From contig OZ286471.1 in the NCBI GenBank assembly GCA_965644265.1, positions 46,624,001 through 46,688,000 on the forward strand: 64,000 nucleotides of DNA, in the 5' to 3' direction. The notes under the pieces were generated by a model that saw only the letters and a program-made list of their open reading frames with translations, was not told the origin of the DNA and did no database searches. Every line of letters begins with the position of its first letter. Position 1 is the first letter of the stretch. Positions 1-12,700 of the stretch are shown here, in pieces. The position numbers and the translations under genes were made by a program. Origin of the DNA: Glycera tridactyla (taxonomy: Eukaryota).

Positions 1-1422
1 CCAGGAATGTTACAGAAGCCAGATGCTGAATCTAATTCTAAATTCATTAGATGAACAGTTTATGGTGATGTAGCACCTACTTGATTCAAAAAAATGAATA
101 GTTGAGTCGGTTTGTAAATTTCCAAATCTACGATTATATTTTAATGCTTGATTCAAATTTCGACTCAGTAAGGGTATCAGAGCCGGTGGAAAGTTTTCTC
201 CAATGTCAGAATATTTGTATTATTCGAGTTCCATTCTTTTTTTTAAAATACAGAAAAACACATGAAAACACTAATTAAGTATCATATTTCATCCCACATC
301 TTCTTCTGTGATAAGATGTGACCATTGGCAAAATGAAAATTCATGAAAAAGAGAGTTTACAAGCATATCTTTTCAACAATAATAATCCAAGTTTAATTTT
401 GTCTTGTAGTAATCCAGAGATAAAGGATCTAGATTTTGATAGTAAGAAATATTCAGCAGCAGTTTTGGATCTTCGAAGGAGAAACTTCTCACTTACCACT
501 TGAAAACTCAGGATAATAAAATAATGACACTTTTACACAAATAAAAGAAAAGAAAAAGAAAAATTATCACAAATAAATTTAAGTGTTGCCAGACAGCAAG
601 CTAAGATTTTCTAGGTCACATTTCCAAGAACTAAGAAAAAGTAACAATAAGGGAGAGACAAACATATCTCTCCCAATCCCATACAGAATAATTCGAATTA
701 AGCCTATGAGACATACATTGTATTATCCAGGTAATATTGTAATTTAGTTTTTACCAATACCTGGAAATATTTCATTCTATCATGTTATTTTTAACACTTC
801 ACAGACATAGAACAATACAGTAGGTTATAATTTACACCATACTAAAATAAACATGGTCAAACTGGGTCAACATGTTGCATCAGATTTCTAAATTTCTTCG
901 TTTCTACAGTACATTACATTACATGTATTTCTACCTAAGGAATCCTTGGATTCATGCAATAAGAATAATATTCAGTAAATCAATCAACCATGAAACTGAT
1001 TTTAAATTAGCTATAGATTATGTCAAAACAAAGTGAGATGAAGTAAAATAAAAACTTCCTTCAACATGAGGTCAATTAGCTTAAATTTGCATCCCATGCA
1101 AATTGTCCATTTAGACTGAAAAATAAAATAGTACATCATGTAACCAAAAATCCAACCAAATACTTAAATGAAGTTGATGCAATCAATCCCTGTTCATTTT
1201 GATCTAAAAAAGGAAACCGTAAGAAACAGTTTCAATTTTGCCCTCCTTCAGTCAAGTTCAGATTGATTTATTCAAGTTCACCCAATTTACCATGATCCAT
1301 AGGACAGGACATGCTCCAGAAGGGACAAAACGACCACAATTTTGAGTGGAAGGAAATGTCACATCAGGACATGAACAAGCCATTTAACAAAGAGAATTTG
1401 GCTCCCTCAAAGCATCAATCCT

Positions 1423-2292
1423 TTATGCCGACGATGATTTGTTTTGGGCCATCCAAGCATCAAGTATTGGACCAAGTAAATGAAAACATAGAACCCTTTT
1501 CCCATAATTGTTCAAATGAACCCTGTCAGAAGTAATCATTCCTTTCAGGATTTCACCATAACGATTTGGACGAAATTTCTTCCTCGATTTTTCACTGGTA
1601 GGACGAAATGGTCTGAGATACATCTTATGAGGATGGATCATTCTTGGAGCTTTCTTCAAACTATATTTCGAAGGACTTTCACAAATCAACATCGAGATGA
1701 AATTATCGATCCATAATGCAAACAACCTTGAATCGTCTGTCCAGTCAGGATGCCAGAAGATGGGGACAAGATATACTGTGGCACTTTTGAATACTCGCTG
1801 TAAAAGCACCATAAGATTGATGACTTTCGTTTTCACATGTGCGAATCGAGAGGCTTTTTCTTGGGCAAGAATGGCATTCCGTTTCACTGGGTCTATCACC
1901 TTGTGCATTATATGTCTTGCTCTAGTAGCATAGCTGTCAACATCATTGCTTCCAATTATCACCACAATAAAGTTTGGATTTGAACCAGTCTGCTTCAAGT
2001 TTCGCAGGGTATCACCATATTTGTTGCATTTTCTGGGATTTTCACCAAAGTTACCTTGAAGATGATCTTGTATCAAGGACCAATTACTTCCACCAAAACC
2101 ACGAAATTTCCAGGTGTCAAATTGTGATTTCATGTTGACATTTTCAGGCAGATCCCTAACATAGCAACCCAAACGCTCCACATGGCTGTCACCGAGAACC
2201 AGCACCTTTTGACATTCCATGTAGTTCAATCGATTTTGTCGCCTTTTCGCCGGACATTCATGAATGGGAATTTGCGCCCTTCTTTTCGCCAT
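1423..2292 (-). CDS. SGNH/GDSL-type esterase, probably retroelement-encoded
   Basis: Intact ORF (track 1423..2307 uses GTG; first ATG at 2292). SGNH blocks are in order: VLVLGDSH (I), FGG (II), VIIGSND (III), DRVHLN (V, D-x-x-H). It lies about 350 bp downstream of an ORF1-like ORF on the same strand. Confidence 0.85.
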   Translation of the reverse strand: MAKRRAQIPIHECPAKRRQNRLNYMECQKVLVLGDSHVERLGCYVRDLPENVNMKSQFDTWKFRGFGGSNWSLIQDHLQGNFGENPRKCNKYGDTLRNLKQTGSNPNFIVVIIGSNDVDSYATRARHIMHKVIDPVKRNAILAQEKASRFAHVKTKVINLMVLLQRVFKSATVYLVPIFWHPDWTDDSRLFALWIDNFISMLICESPSKYSLKKAPRMIHPHKMYLRPFRPTSEKSRKKFRPNRYGEILKGMITSDRVHLNNYGKRVLCFHLLGPILDAWMAQNKSSSA

Positions 2293-2654
2293 CCTCAGTC
2301 TGGACACCCGGTCAGTCTACAATTACAAACACCACAATGTAACATCTGGGTATGACTTTGGTTTGACATAAACACAGTATGATTGACGACACTTCAGATC
2401 AGGCACGAGATACCATATGTTTCTGTTGGGGGTATTCCTGTTTCATTTCCGGTGTCCCCTCAATGACGTTACAACGCGGGAGCTCCGTAAGGGGTTTGGC
2501 AATTGGGAATTTTTCAAACTGTCGGCACAAGGTGTGTAGAATAAAAGACGTATTCAACAGGACATCAACTCCGTATATAGCCTTACCGGTTCTACATATC
2601 CAGAAAGCCTATTGTTCAATCTAATGGCGCTGACCAACTTTGCCATTGTACGAT

Positions 2655-3555
2655 TTACGCTTCTGCAGACGCTTCGAGAATATTGAAAGCATTCGACAAG
2701 GGGATCGCATGTGTTTCTTCAGCCTTCGGCACTGTTCGATTTGTCCTTTCCGCGAAAGGCGTGTTCACTGGCACGGCCATCGCCCCAGAAGTACAATCGA
2801 TTTGCAATTTTGGTTTCCCGTTGTTGTTATCACCAAGCGGGGTAATTGGTTGCTGTTTAGCGGCAGATATAAGCCCATTAGAACAATCCCCAGTCGATTT
2901 CTCTTTCTCGGTTGTATCGATATCCATGATTTCTTCATTCAATCCATTAGAGGGTTTAGTTTGGAATTTCAGGTTTTGGTTTTTGTTTTTGTTCCAAAAT
3001 TTCCTGGGACGATACTCAGAATCAGTAGTATCTTTCCGTTTGCTCTTTAGGATTGAGTTTAGCCGTTCAATGCTTGGAATTGCGATCTTTTGTTCTTGTG
3101 GACTTCTTGACACAAATACCTGGTCCTGTGATGTCCATACATTGTGTAGATGACACTCGAGTTTGAATTCCATTTTCGATTTCCGTCAAATGTTCTCTTA
3201 TGAAGATTGGTGATTTGCGGAAAAGACCTTTTCTTTGAAGAAGATCCTTTCTAAGGTTGGGATCAACGAACCTGATACGAACAGGACGAACTTTGTTAGG
3301 TTTCTTGGGTCCAAAACGTACGGCCTGTATTATATGCCTGTCGTGAACATCTAAGTCTGTATACGTGTTAATCATTTCTGCAATTTGTTCATGCAAGGAT
3401 ATGTCATCTCGGAATGGAAGACCATCAAATATTAACACTACAAGTCTGTCATTTTTCTTGATCATTTCCATATCCTTCTCTAGTTTTTCGACTCTCACGA
3501 TGTCAATCTTACTCTGTGAATTTCCAACAGGTCGATTTTTGATTGGTAAAGTCAT
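2655..3555 (-). pseudogene. LINE ORF1-like protein (coiled coil, RRM, CTD), frameshifted near 3170-3180
   Basis: ORF 3067..3555 has LVVLIFDGLP, QAVRFGPKKPNKVRPVRIRFVD and IFIREHLT, typical of the L1/CR1/Jockey-type ORF1 RRM. The expected CTD (HNVWTSQDQVFVSRSPQEQKIAIPSIERL) continues in the overlapping frame, ORF 2655..3173. Confidence 0.7.
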
Positions 3556-3681
3556 GGTGATTGCTATTTTACCCTACTAGCCTGAATGAACAGTGTGTTA
3601 TAGGGAGTAGGACGTTCTGTGCTGATGAGAAATTCAGCTGTCCAGTGATAACAGTGTACCTGGTATAGTTACTCCCGCTTG

Positions 3682-5089
3682 TTATTATGTCTCCCGCCTG
3701 ATGGGGGAGACATATAGAATTTGTATTGTCTGTCTGTCCGTCCGTCTGTCCGTCTGTCCATCTGTCTGTCACAAAACCTTGTGAGCACGATTGCAGTGAA
3801 ACTACTCATCCGAATTGGATGAAATTTGGTGGGCACGCCCCTTGGGAGTGTCCAATGAACTGATTTTGGTCCAAGTGACTAATTTTCAAAATCATCAGAG
3901 GCCAAATTTTTAACAAAATTTTGCCAAAGAGGTACCAACTTGAATTAAACTCAGTCTGTATTGTGACTTCTCTGGAATGAACGACTTCTGTTGCCTCTCC
4001 ACTCATGGTTATGTAAGATTCTCCGGTCATTACAATGCTCTTTTGTCATGCTCTTATGACTTTGACCTTGATTTCTTCCTCCCTCTCTCCTCAAACAAAA
4101 ACCCAAACTTAATTAACTTCCCTGTGTGTGTGTGTGTGTGTGTGTGTCTGAGTGTGCATGTGTGTGTGTGTGTGTGCTCACACACATGCATGCATGCACA
4201 CATGTGTGTGCTCCTTGTTGCTACCTGTGAATACCCAATGGTTGTCATACTTGGAATATCGGTATATGATCGCTGTTAGCATTTTGACAGTCATGCCCCC
4301 CCCCCATTGCTTTGGTTCACTGGGTGTGTGTGTGTGCACATCCTCCATGTTGCTACCTGTGAATACCCCATGGCTACCATACATGGGAAATTGGTATCAA
4401 TTTGAGAGTCATGACATTCCCTACCCCCCCCCCCTCCTGTTGGTTGGATGGGTGAGCAGGGTGAGAGGAGATAGCCACCTGCCTGCCCAGGGTAGATTTT
4501 CCAGGGGGGGGCAGGTGGAAAATGATCATAAATGACATGCATATATAAGCAGGGCAGGTGGATTTTCCAGGGGGCAGGTGGATTTTCATGATGTCTTCTC
4601 GCCCCGGTTAGGGGATGAATGTCAGGGCTAGCTTTCTCAAAATTTGTGTACCTGCTCTCTCAGGCTATGGATTTACGCTTGTCGAATTTTCACCATCCAA
4701 CTTGAATCTCGAGGTTCCTGAGTGCATAATGGTTTCCAGACAATAACTTTCAGCGCTAGCCTTCTCAATCTTGGTGTACAGCCTTTTATATACTATGCCA
4801 ACACACCCATTGATTTTTCAGTGGCTATCTCCAATTTCAAGGTCACTGAATGCAAAAAGGTCAAAAGAGTTTCTGGACAATCACTTCATAAATTACAGGG
4901 TTGGCTTTCACAAACTTGGTGTACAGACGTTCCCAGGCTATTGCTAGATTTTGGGGTTGCCATCTCAACTTTGCAGGTCATTGAGTATGAACATGTATTA
5001 CTTTTGTTCATATATTTCACTTTTCTCATTTACTCTTCCTGTGACTCAGCGGGGGCATTCACACCCATTGAGTGCATCTACAGGCTAGT
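3682..5089 (+). mobile_element. Helentron-associated non-autonomous element(s), HINE/DINE-1-like, possibly nested fragments
   Basis: 5' TTATTATGTCTCCCGCC...GGGAGACATA palindrome followed by a (GTCT/GTCC)n microsatellite (3728-3770) and a GAAATTTGGT/GATTTTGG core. 3' subterminal repeat GCGGGGGCATT (5049) is followed by the hairpin GCATTCA-CACCCAT-TGAGTGC and CTAGT. AGGTCA-rich fragments lie inside and next to it. Confidence 0.55.
4122..4210. repeat. (TG)n/(CA)n microsatellite
   Basis: Visible TG and CA runs. Confidence 0.95.
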
Positions 5090-6558
5090 GGTGATACACC
5101 AGCATTATGATGATGTGCCAGAAGGTCAAAGGTCAAGGTCAAAGGAGCTATTTTTAGAATTTGATATTTTTCACTATAATTTGACTAAACCTCAACCAGT
5201 ATGGAGAAATCTCACTTGGTGAATTGTTCTAGTTTCCTAGGTCACCATGACCTGATCAAGGGCCTCCCTTGTCAGCAAGATTCCAGTCAAACTGCTGACC
5301 CAAATTCATCTGAACGTCTCTGATGCCTGGGCATATTCTCGAGGACAAATCCTACCCTAGGAGACCCCCCCCCCTGTACCCCAGTACACCTCATACCCCA
5401 AGACACATTGTCATACTTATGACTAGGTATACTACATCATTGGTCACTCAAATGATAATTGGCAATCAATAAAGTCTAGCTGATCAGTGAGCATACTCAC
5501 TCGAAGATGGATGAGCAAGCAGGTGGGAAGCATGCAGGTAGTGAATAATTACACATCTAGGGGGAGACATATTGAGTGAGGAGGTGCCTCACTAAAATTC
5601 TAGTTGGTTACATGAATATCATGCCAACTTGACAACCCTCGCAATAACGGTTTATGTGAGGTGTGTCTGAACTGTCAGCTACTTCAATCTGACCAGATAC
5701 ACATTACCCGATGATGTTACATGCTTATAGACCCGAATCAAACCATCAATCTCTCGATATGAGAATATTTCTGACTTCGAGGGAATTGCCCCAGTTGGGC
5801 GCAGCAGCGTATGTCGCAGACTAATCATAAAGAGTGGTTCACTGCATGTGTTTTTTTCACGTATCTTGATCTTCTCCAGTTCTATCAAACCTCTAACCAA
5901 TATGTATTGAAATAGGCACTGTGAATACACCGTTGATGAATTGTGACCATGCATGTTGTGCTGGGATGGGATATTTGGCAATTTCTAGATATTAGTAAGT
6001 TTCAAAGACAAGATGTTCATTGTGCAGTACAAGTAGATGTGAATGACTGAGTGAGTATACGAGCATGTGAGCATTTGATAGGTGGGTGGCTGAGTCGTAG
6101 GCCATGGTTCTATTCATCTGTTCAGTCAGTCAGTCAATCAGAGATAGTCAGTTGAGTCAGGAAATGAATCAGATGTGTAACTGAGTATGTGATCGGCTGC
6201 GTGACAAGGTTTGTTACTGGATGGTAGATTGAATGAGTGATGTTAGACCCGATGAGTTGAACATTAGGAGAGTTTAAGCTAGCTGAGATCCTGTGAGGAA
6301 ACTGGAGTTAGAATAAGGCAACACTAGTCGAATCAATGGGACTTGGTTGATCTGGATGATGAATGCCTTTTCAGTGCAAGTTCATTGAGGAATCATATAG
6401 CTTGTTTGAACTAACAGAAAACAAATATCAGATGAGCATCCCAGCTTTGTGATAACAAAGTCAGGAGCATATACTTCTGTGTCACTTTCACCTTCTCTGA
6501 TGGATAGCTTTATCAGTACCAATTTTCCAGAACTGAAACTGCTACTGTATTATTGTAG

Positions 6559-6783
6559 CTTTACCACCTCAATGTACTACCCCTGCACCATCATCGACAT
6601 CCCAGCCATCGACCACCACCGACCCCTGCTACACCATGACCATCAGTGGTCCAGCTGGCAGGGCACGTTGTGTTTTCCCATTTGAATATAAAGGTGTGAC
6701 ATACTGGGAGTGTTCAATCCTCGACAATGATCTCGAACTCTGGTGCTACACTGATAACGACGGCCAGTGGGGCAATTGTGGAC
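6559..6783 (+). CDS. FN2 exon E1
   Basis: tgtag|CT TTA...TGT GGA C|gtgagt, 225 nt; xLPPQC-linker-CYTMTISGPAGRARCVFPFEYKGVTYWECSILDNDLELWCYTDNDGQWGNCG; absent from the ORF track (no ATG). Confidence 0.85.
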
Positions 6784-9700
6784 GTGAGTCTCAATGTTTT
6801 TCCAGTTGATGTCATATGCTGTTCGTGTTGAATGTTGCATGAACATTTCTAAGCATGATCTACATTACGAAAACAAAACATTGGTATGAAAAGGGGTCGG
6901 ACCTTGTCTTTGCCAGTGTTGGTTTGACAATGACCTGGAATCAAATGTTCTGCCAATATACATCCACATTCAGTGCACCATGCATGATATTTTCTGTGAG
7001 TCACTGCATGAATAGTATATCGAAACACCTCCTAGTGGGAATTCATAAGCGACTGCTGCTACTACGAATGTTCTCAAGATGATTGGGCGAATATTCTCGA
7101 TAGATGGACATCACAATACATTGCTAATCCTTCTGGTTTTTGAATATGCGCAATATATGACATTTGCTGAAACATAGCTGTGGCGACCACTCAAAAATAA
7201 TCTTATGTTTGCTACAAAATTCCAGGTTGAATATCTCCCGTCATATTTGTGATTGACAGCCAAATCTGCAAAATGTTGGAAAGGCAGCGTCAATATCTGA
7301 TACCCAAATGTGATGGAATATCACCGAGGTGTGCGGATGGTGTCTTATCCGTAATACGTGAGCAAGTGAAATTAGGTAGAGGTGTGTTTGAACTGTCAGA
7401 TACTTCCACTTGACAACCTTTCAGGTTCCCCATCATCTTGTGAGAGTGATGTCTGCAGGGGAGAGAACATCTAGCTTCCATTAACCAGGAACACACGGCA
7501 TACATAATCCTGTGGGTTGATACATGCCGTAAAACCTAAAAAAAAAATGGCTATTCTATCAGAGATGTCTGCTCATATCGTTCACCCACATCATGCAGCA
7601 GCGATGAGGGATAAATTTTCTTCTCCGATTGAATTGAACCACCATACGAAATACCTCCACTCATTTATTTCATTGCACAATAAGTCAATACTATGACTGT
7701 ATAGTCTGTAGTCACAAAGATGCAGGGAGCAGATGCATGCTTCTTTCCAGTTTTCATCATGACATAGGAGTCAATATGCCTCTCGAGCATGCCACGAGGC
7801 ATTGCTGAGCTTCCGCCATGTATTTCAGCGATGGGATGGGGAGGGTGGATAGTGAAGTTACACACTAGAATATCTTGGAAGAGGCTGCTGCAGCCCGGCA
7901 GGTAAGTCTCAAGCAGATTTAGCTTGATAGTAGAATTATGCCGTGAGATGATACTCATGAAACGAACCAGCGAGGAAAACAACCAGACTTTTGGTTCAGA
8001 TAATGATGACAACCACTCCGAAGAATGCCTCTTAGTCTTCCGTTGTGTCGTGGGAAAGGGGGTATTCAGGGAAGGACGAAGGCAGGGGAGTCCGGATATG
8101 AGCCTGGAGTTCAAGCACTTGCGGTAATTCCTCCCAAAGTTCAAAGTTCAAACCACTTATAGCTTCGCTCTTAATGATGCACGCTCGTATGTGATAGTTG
8201 CACTGTTTTTGCCGCCGTTTGCCTATCTAATGCATATCAATTGCCACGCAGTTTTTAGCGCAACTGACCGAACAAGCACTCACTAAGCTTCCAAACACCC
8301 AAGCATGACGACAACTGCACGAGCCTCATCTTGACCTGTACAGGCATGCCTTTTTTGTGGTGTCCAGATTTGTTCATCTCGAATTGACTGCAGACACTCC
8401 CCCTTGTCTTGAATTGCTAGAGAATGCCATTCCAGATGTATATTTGATCAAAATATCTCAGCCATCGATGAAATATCTAATTTTGAATAAAATCACTGAA
8501 AATTTGAATGGAAAATTATTTGCTGGTGTTTTGTCCTAAGCTGGGATGCATTTGTAATGTCTTACATTTGCTTTCATTCTCTTCACTTTTAGCATCATGC
8601 TTGTGAAGGGTCTCCTGATTCTAGCCCGTATAGAGTATATATAATGGGATTGAAAGTATCTCATTTTCTTAATTCTAATATGATACGGCTTGATTTGAAG
8701 AGGCATTGTGTAGTACACAGCTAATCGGAAAATTCTGGACCAGTAGAATCAAATTTTGAGGGATCGCAATGATTCACATAACAAATAATTACTCATCACA
8801 TAGGGTCAATGAAGGAGCCTTCAGGTATGACCCACTCAGGTATGTGTATGTGTATTCGGTAACCTGGAATTAGCCACTTCTGCCCATGCACTCTTGGTGG
8901 TATACATCATGGGGAGATGTGAATGATACACATTTATAACACACTTGTTGCTTTGGAGCAATATCAGATCTAGAAATGATGCTTTGCATCTACATGTGAA
9001 CTTATTTGCTAACCAAAATCATGCCCTGACCACTTGCAGCCGAGATATGTGGCACAACTACAGATACAACTCCAACCACGGTCACCACCCCAACCACCAT
9101 TACTACTACCACAACCGAACCTCCTACCACTACCAATGACTGTTATACACCCACTGAAAGCGGGGAGAACTGTTTCTTCCCCTTTGTCTACAAAAACAGT
9201 GTCTATCGTGAATGCACCACTGCAGGCCACAACGGAGTCCTCTGGTGCTATACCCGGGCAACATTTGCTAGTGATGAGATTTGGTCAAACTGTTTAGGTG
9301 AGTCACCTTTCTCTTGCGTCCAATCTGTTATGTATGCCTCCAGTAATATATGCGATAATGAATGTCACCGTGGACCACTATTCAGAAGGAGGATAAGGAT
9401 CAAACCCCATCAAAATATTGTGGGTGGGGTGCATCTGCACTATCAGTAACGTCCACTCTACAGCGTTTCTGAATCCTCGTCGGCGTTTTATATTTGTGTG
9501 TAAAGTGCTTGGCGGGGACAATGCATATAGATCTCATGATATTGAAATATGCGGTAAACATGATCCCGTAAGTCGACACATGTCACTGAACGCCGACCAA
9601 TTCAATCCAATAAACAATCATCACAGTAGAATAATTTGCGACCCATGTGTGATTGAAGCCAATACCTCCATTCAGGCGGACTATGGCTTTCTATTCACCG

Positions 9701-12700
9701 TTCTAGGTTCTTTGATTGATCATAGAATGGAGCAAATAGCAAGTATGAATCAGTATCTGAATCCAATCAGACATAGCCTGTTTGAATCACTAATAGTGAG
9801 TTTGATCATATCGATGTGCCTTCTCATACCTTAATCATGTTACATTGCTAGTCATTCGGTTTTCGTGATTGAGATACCCTGAGCATTGAGACACGAGATG
9901 TGGTCGTCATATCCTCATCATTGAACTTTTAGATGAAGTCTGTGGAACAACTCCAACTGTTACAACTACTCTCCCAACCACAAGCACAACAACGGTCACC
10001 ACACCAACAACAACGAATAATTGCTATACACCGGTGGTCGATGGGACAGCGGATCCTGACTCGATTTGTTATTTCCCATTCGTCTATAAGAAAACCACTT
10101 ACTGGAAATGTAGCACAAAAAACAATCGTGACGTCCCTTGGTGTTATGTTGATGAGGACTTCAAAAAATGGGGCAACTGTCAAGGTAAAACCGGTTAAGG
10201 CTACTTTCCCTTAAATTGCATGCCAGCCGATATGCCCGGTTATTTTAGCGATGATGTGTACCAACTGCAACCATGCATTCACATAAGCTTCATTTTAGGT
10301 GAGCCCCCCACCACCATGACAGCTGAACTTGCACAGTGAACGTCTCTCACATATAAGGCTAATATTGCCCAACCATGAGAACTCACTGCAAAATGAGCTA
10401 TGGTACATCGACTGTATTACTCTTTCGAATTCAAGTTCAGAGTTGATAAATTGAATCATGCGGATGTGCTTTTTGCTGCAAACTCTAATCCTCGTTAAGA
10501 GGTAAATTCAGCAATTCGTATCAGAAGTTCGGAAAATGAAGTTCGGGGATTAGTCATTGCCAAGCTCAGATCTGTCTTATCAGCATCGAGATGGGGGGTT
10601 AAGCTTAGATCATTGTCAGAAATATCCCAATTATAACTCATTTTCCAACAGTTATATCGAGGAACATGATCATGACTTGTGTGATCTGTGAGATACCGCT
10701 GTGATAAAGGTGGTCTGAACTAGGTGTGATACCGTCAGTGAATACATGAGTGATTCTGTGAGAGGCTCTTGTTTAGTATGACGCTTGGTGACTGTTGTCA
10801 TTACTGCACTGGAACGAGTAAGCATGTTGCATGCTGTACATACATTTTCACACTGTCTTTTACTTCTATTACTGGTTTTTCCAATGCTCTTGTCTTTCGC
10901 TCCGAAACTGTATTCTCTTCTCAAGCTTACATCCTGAGACGCGGGTGAGTTCCCTTTTTCTTAATTTTCTGAGGTTAGAAACTCACATGGTAGTACGTGA
11001 TCGATTATATCTATACGAAACATATTTGTCACATCAAACCTACTGATCTGAGCTGACTTCGGCCACTATTCTGTCCTTCATGTATCAGCCCAAGATGACA
11101 CAATTATACTGGAGTAGACCCAGCATGATGTATAAGGGCGACGGGTATATTCCTGAAGAAGCGACACTCCTTCAGACATATTTGGCGATATTCCTGCTTA
11201 TCCAGGTTCATTCCATTGTATCTACTCCACCTTTCGGTGCACTTGAATGATTCAGGACCGTGGATCTGTCTAGTGACAAATACGAGAGTTGTAGTTTCTA
11301 TGTTGTCCAGGAAGTACTTGTATTTCCCTGGAGGCCGTAAGAAAAAAGCATCCGGACCAGTGGGAATTTTAGCAGTATGTCTTTGTCCCTGGTATAGTCA
11401 GCACAGTACCTTTTTTGAATGGAACTGGTGTATGCTCTGTGCTCTCGCTGTTAGAGAACATTGGCGGATGAATGGTGAAAGTTCTCATACACAATATGAT
11501 GTGCGCTGGTATCACTCATAAGGTGGGGTTCTGCATCTCCTAGTCCCTTAGGTACAAGATGAGATCTGTCATAATCCAAACGATTGCTCTACATGTGGGA
11601 TTAGAGAAAGAGAGAAAGGCTCATTCTTTGAACATTGAGTCATGAAGTAACATGGAATTAGGTTCATTTAAACGTGATGATTTCTTACAGCCGAGGAATG
11701 CCGTTCATTAGCCATTACATCAGCTACCACGGGATTACCTGCGACTACCGAGACCTGCTATATCAGCACTTTGGGAGGGTCAGCTCATGTCAGCTCCATC
11801 TGTTACTTTCCGTTCTTTTACAAGGGCATAATGTATACTGCCTGCTCTACCGAGGACAATCGGGGCATTCCCTGGTGTTATGTATCACCCGATTATGAGG
11901 ATGACCATTTGTGGGGCATCTGTGAAGGTATATATCATTGGGGTCCATTCCATGACTACAGAATGTCACCTTGAATATCCACATATGTGAATGGGAAAGT
12001 TTAGATTCCTATGCTTCCGAGTTTGAAAATGAAGAGTTTAAGGCTAAAATGTTCACATATTGTATTGTTGTCCAAATATGTAGTAGCGCTGGATGTTCCA
12101 AATGTTGCTTGAAAAAGACCGCTGGCAAAAGACTCAATTATCACATTTTATACATTTGTCCTTGACAGTGAATAGTGACATATTTCAAGGCTTGCCATTT
12201 TAGGAGATTTAGAAGGTTTAGAATGTTTGTCATTTGCTGTCCTTTTTCCATTGCTATTAAATGTCTTGGAATAGTTGCAGTGAAGAGAGATTAGTCACTG
12301 AAGTGACCAGTCAGTTCTCCTAGCTTTGGTGGAAAGTGAGGTTAATAGCTAGTCAGTGACCGTTTCGATGAGGTGGATTCCCCCCCCCCCCCCATTTCAA
12401 AAATATAGTGGTGATTCAAAGATAGTGAGTATTATGACCCATTTGCTTCATGTCGCTTGACATTATCTGAAATTCAATTAGCATATGCACCACCCTGTAT
12501 CCGTTCCAGGTGTGATATGTGACATCACATTTCCGATAACCACTGCTGCTGATGTAACAACAGCACAGACTACCACGGACCTACCAATCATAACGATCCG
12601 AGACTCATCAAGCATCACAACTCAGGCGAGCACACCAGAACTCTGTTTCACTTCCACAATTGGTGGTACAGCACCTGACTATTCTAGGTGTAACTTTCCT

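Larger units (their letters stand above)
1423..3555 (-). mobile_element. Non-LTR retrotransposon-derived segment (ORF1-like + esterase); no RT/endonuclease ORF visible
   Basis: Intronless, co-oriented ORF1-like and SGNH ORFs. Both domain types are established ORF1 components of CR1/L2-group LINEs. Ends and TSD were not found. Confidence 0.6.

Noticed and set aside
5655-7410. Short shared motif GAGGTGTGT(C/T)TGAACTGTCAG(C/A)TACTTC at about 5660 and 7380
   Set aside because: Only about 30 bp with no wider similarity; probably a fragment of a dispersed repeat.
7665-8144. 159-aa minus-strand ORF
   Set aside because: No recognisable motif; the other frames are interrupted by stops. Likely chance or an unassignable decayed repeat.
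11365-11530. Possible highly decayed FN2 exon (AVCLCPWYSQ...WNWC...)
   Set aside because: Only scattered C/W residues; the FPF, WCYT and WGNC motifs and their spacing are not recoverable.
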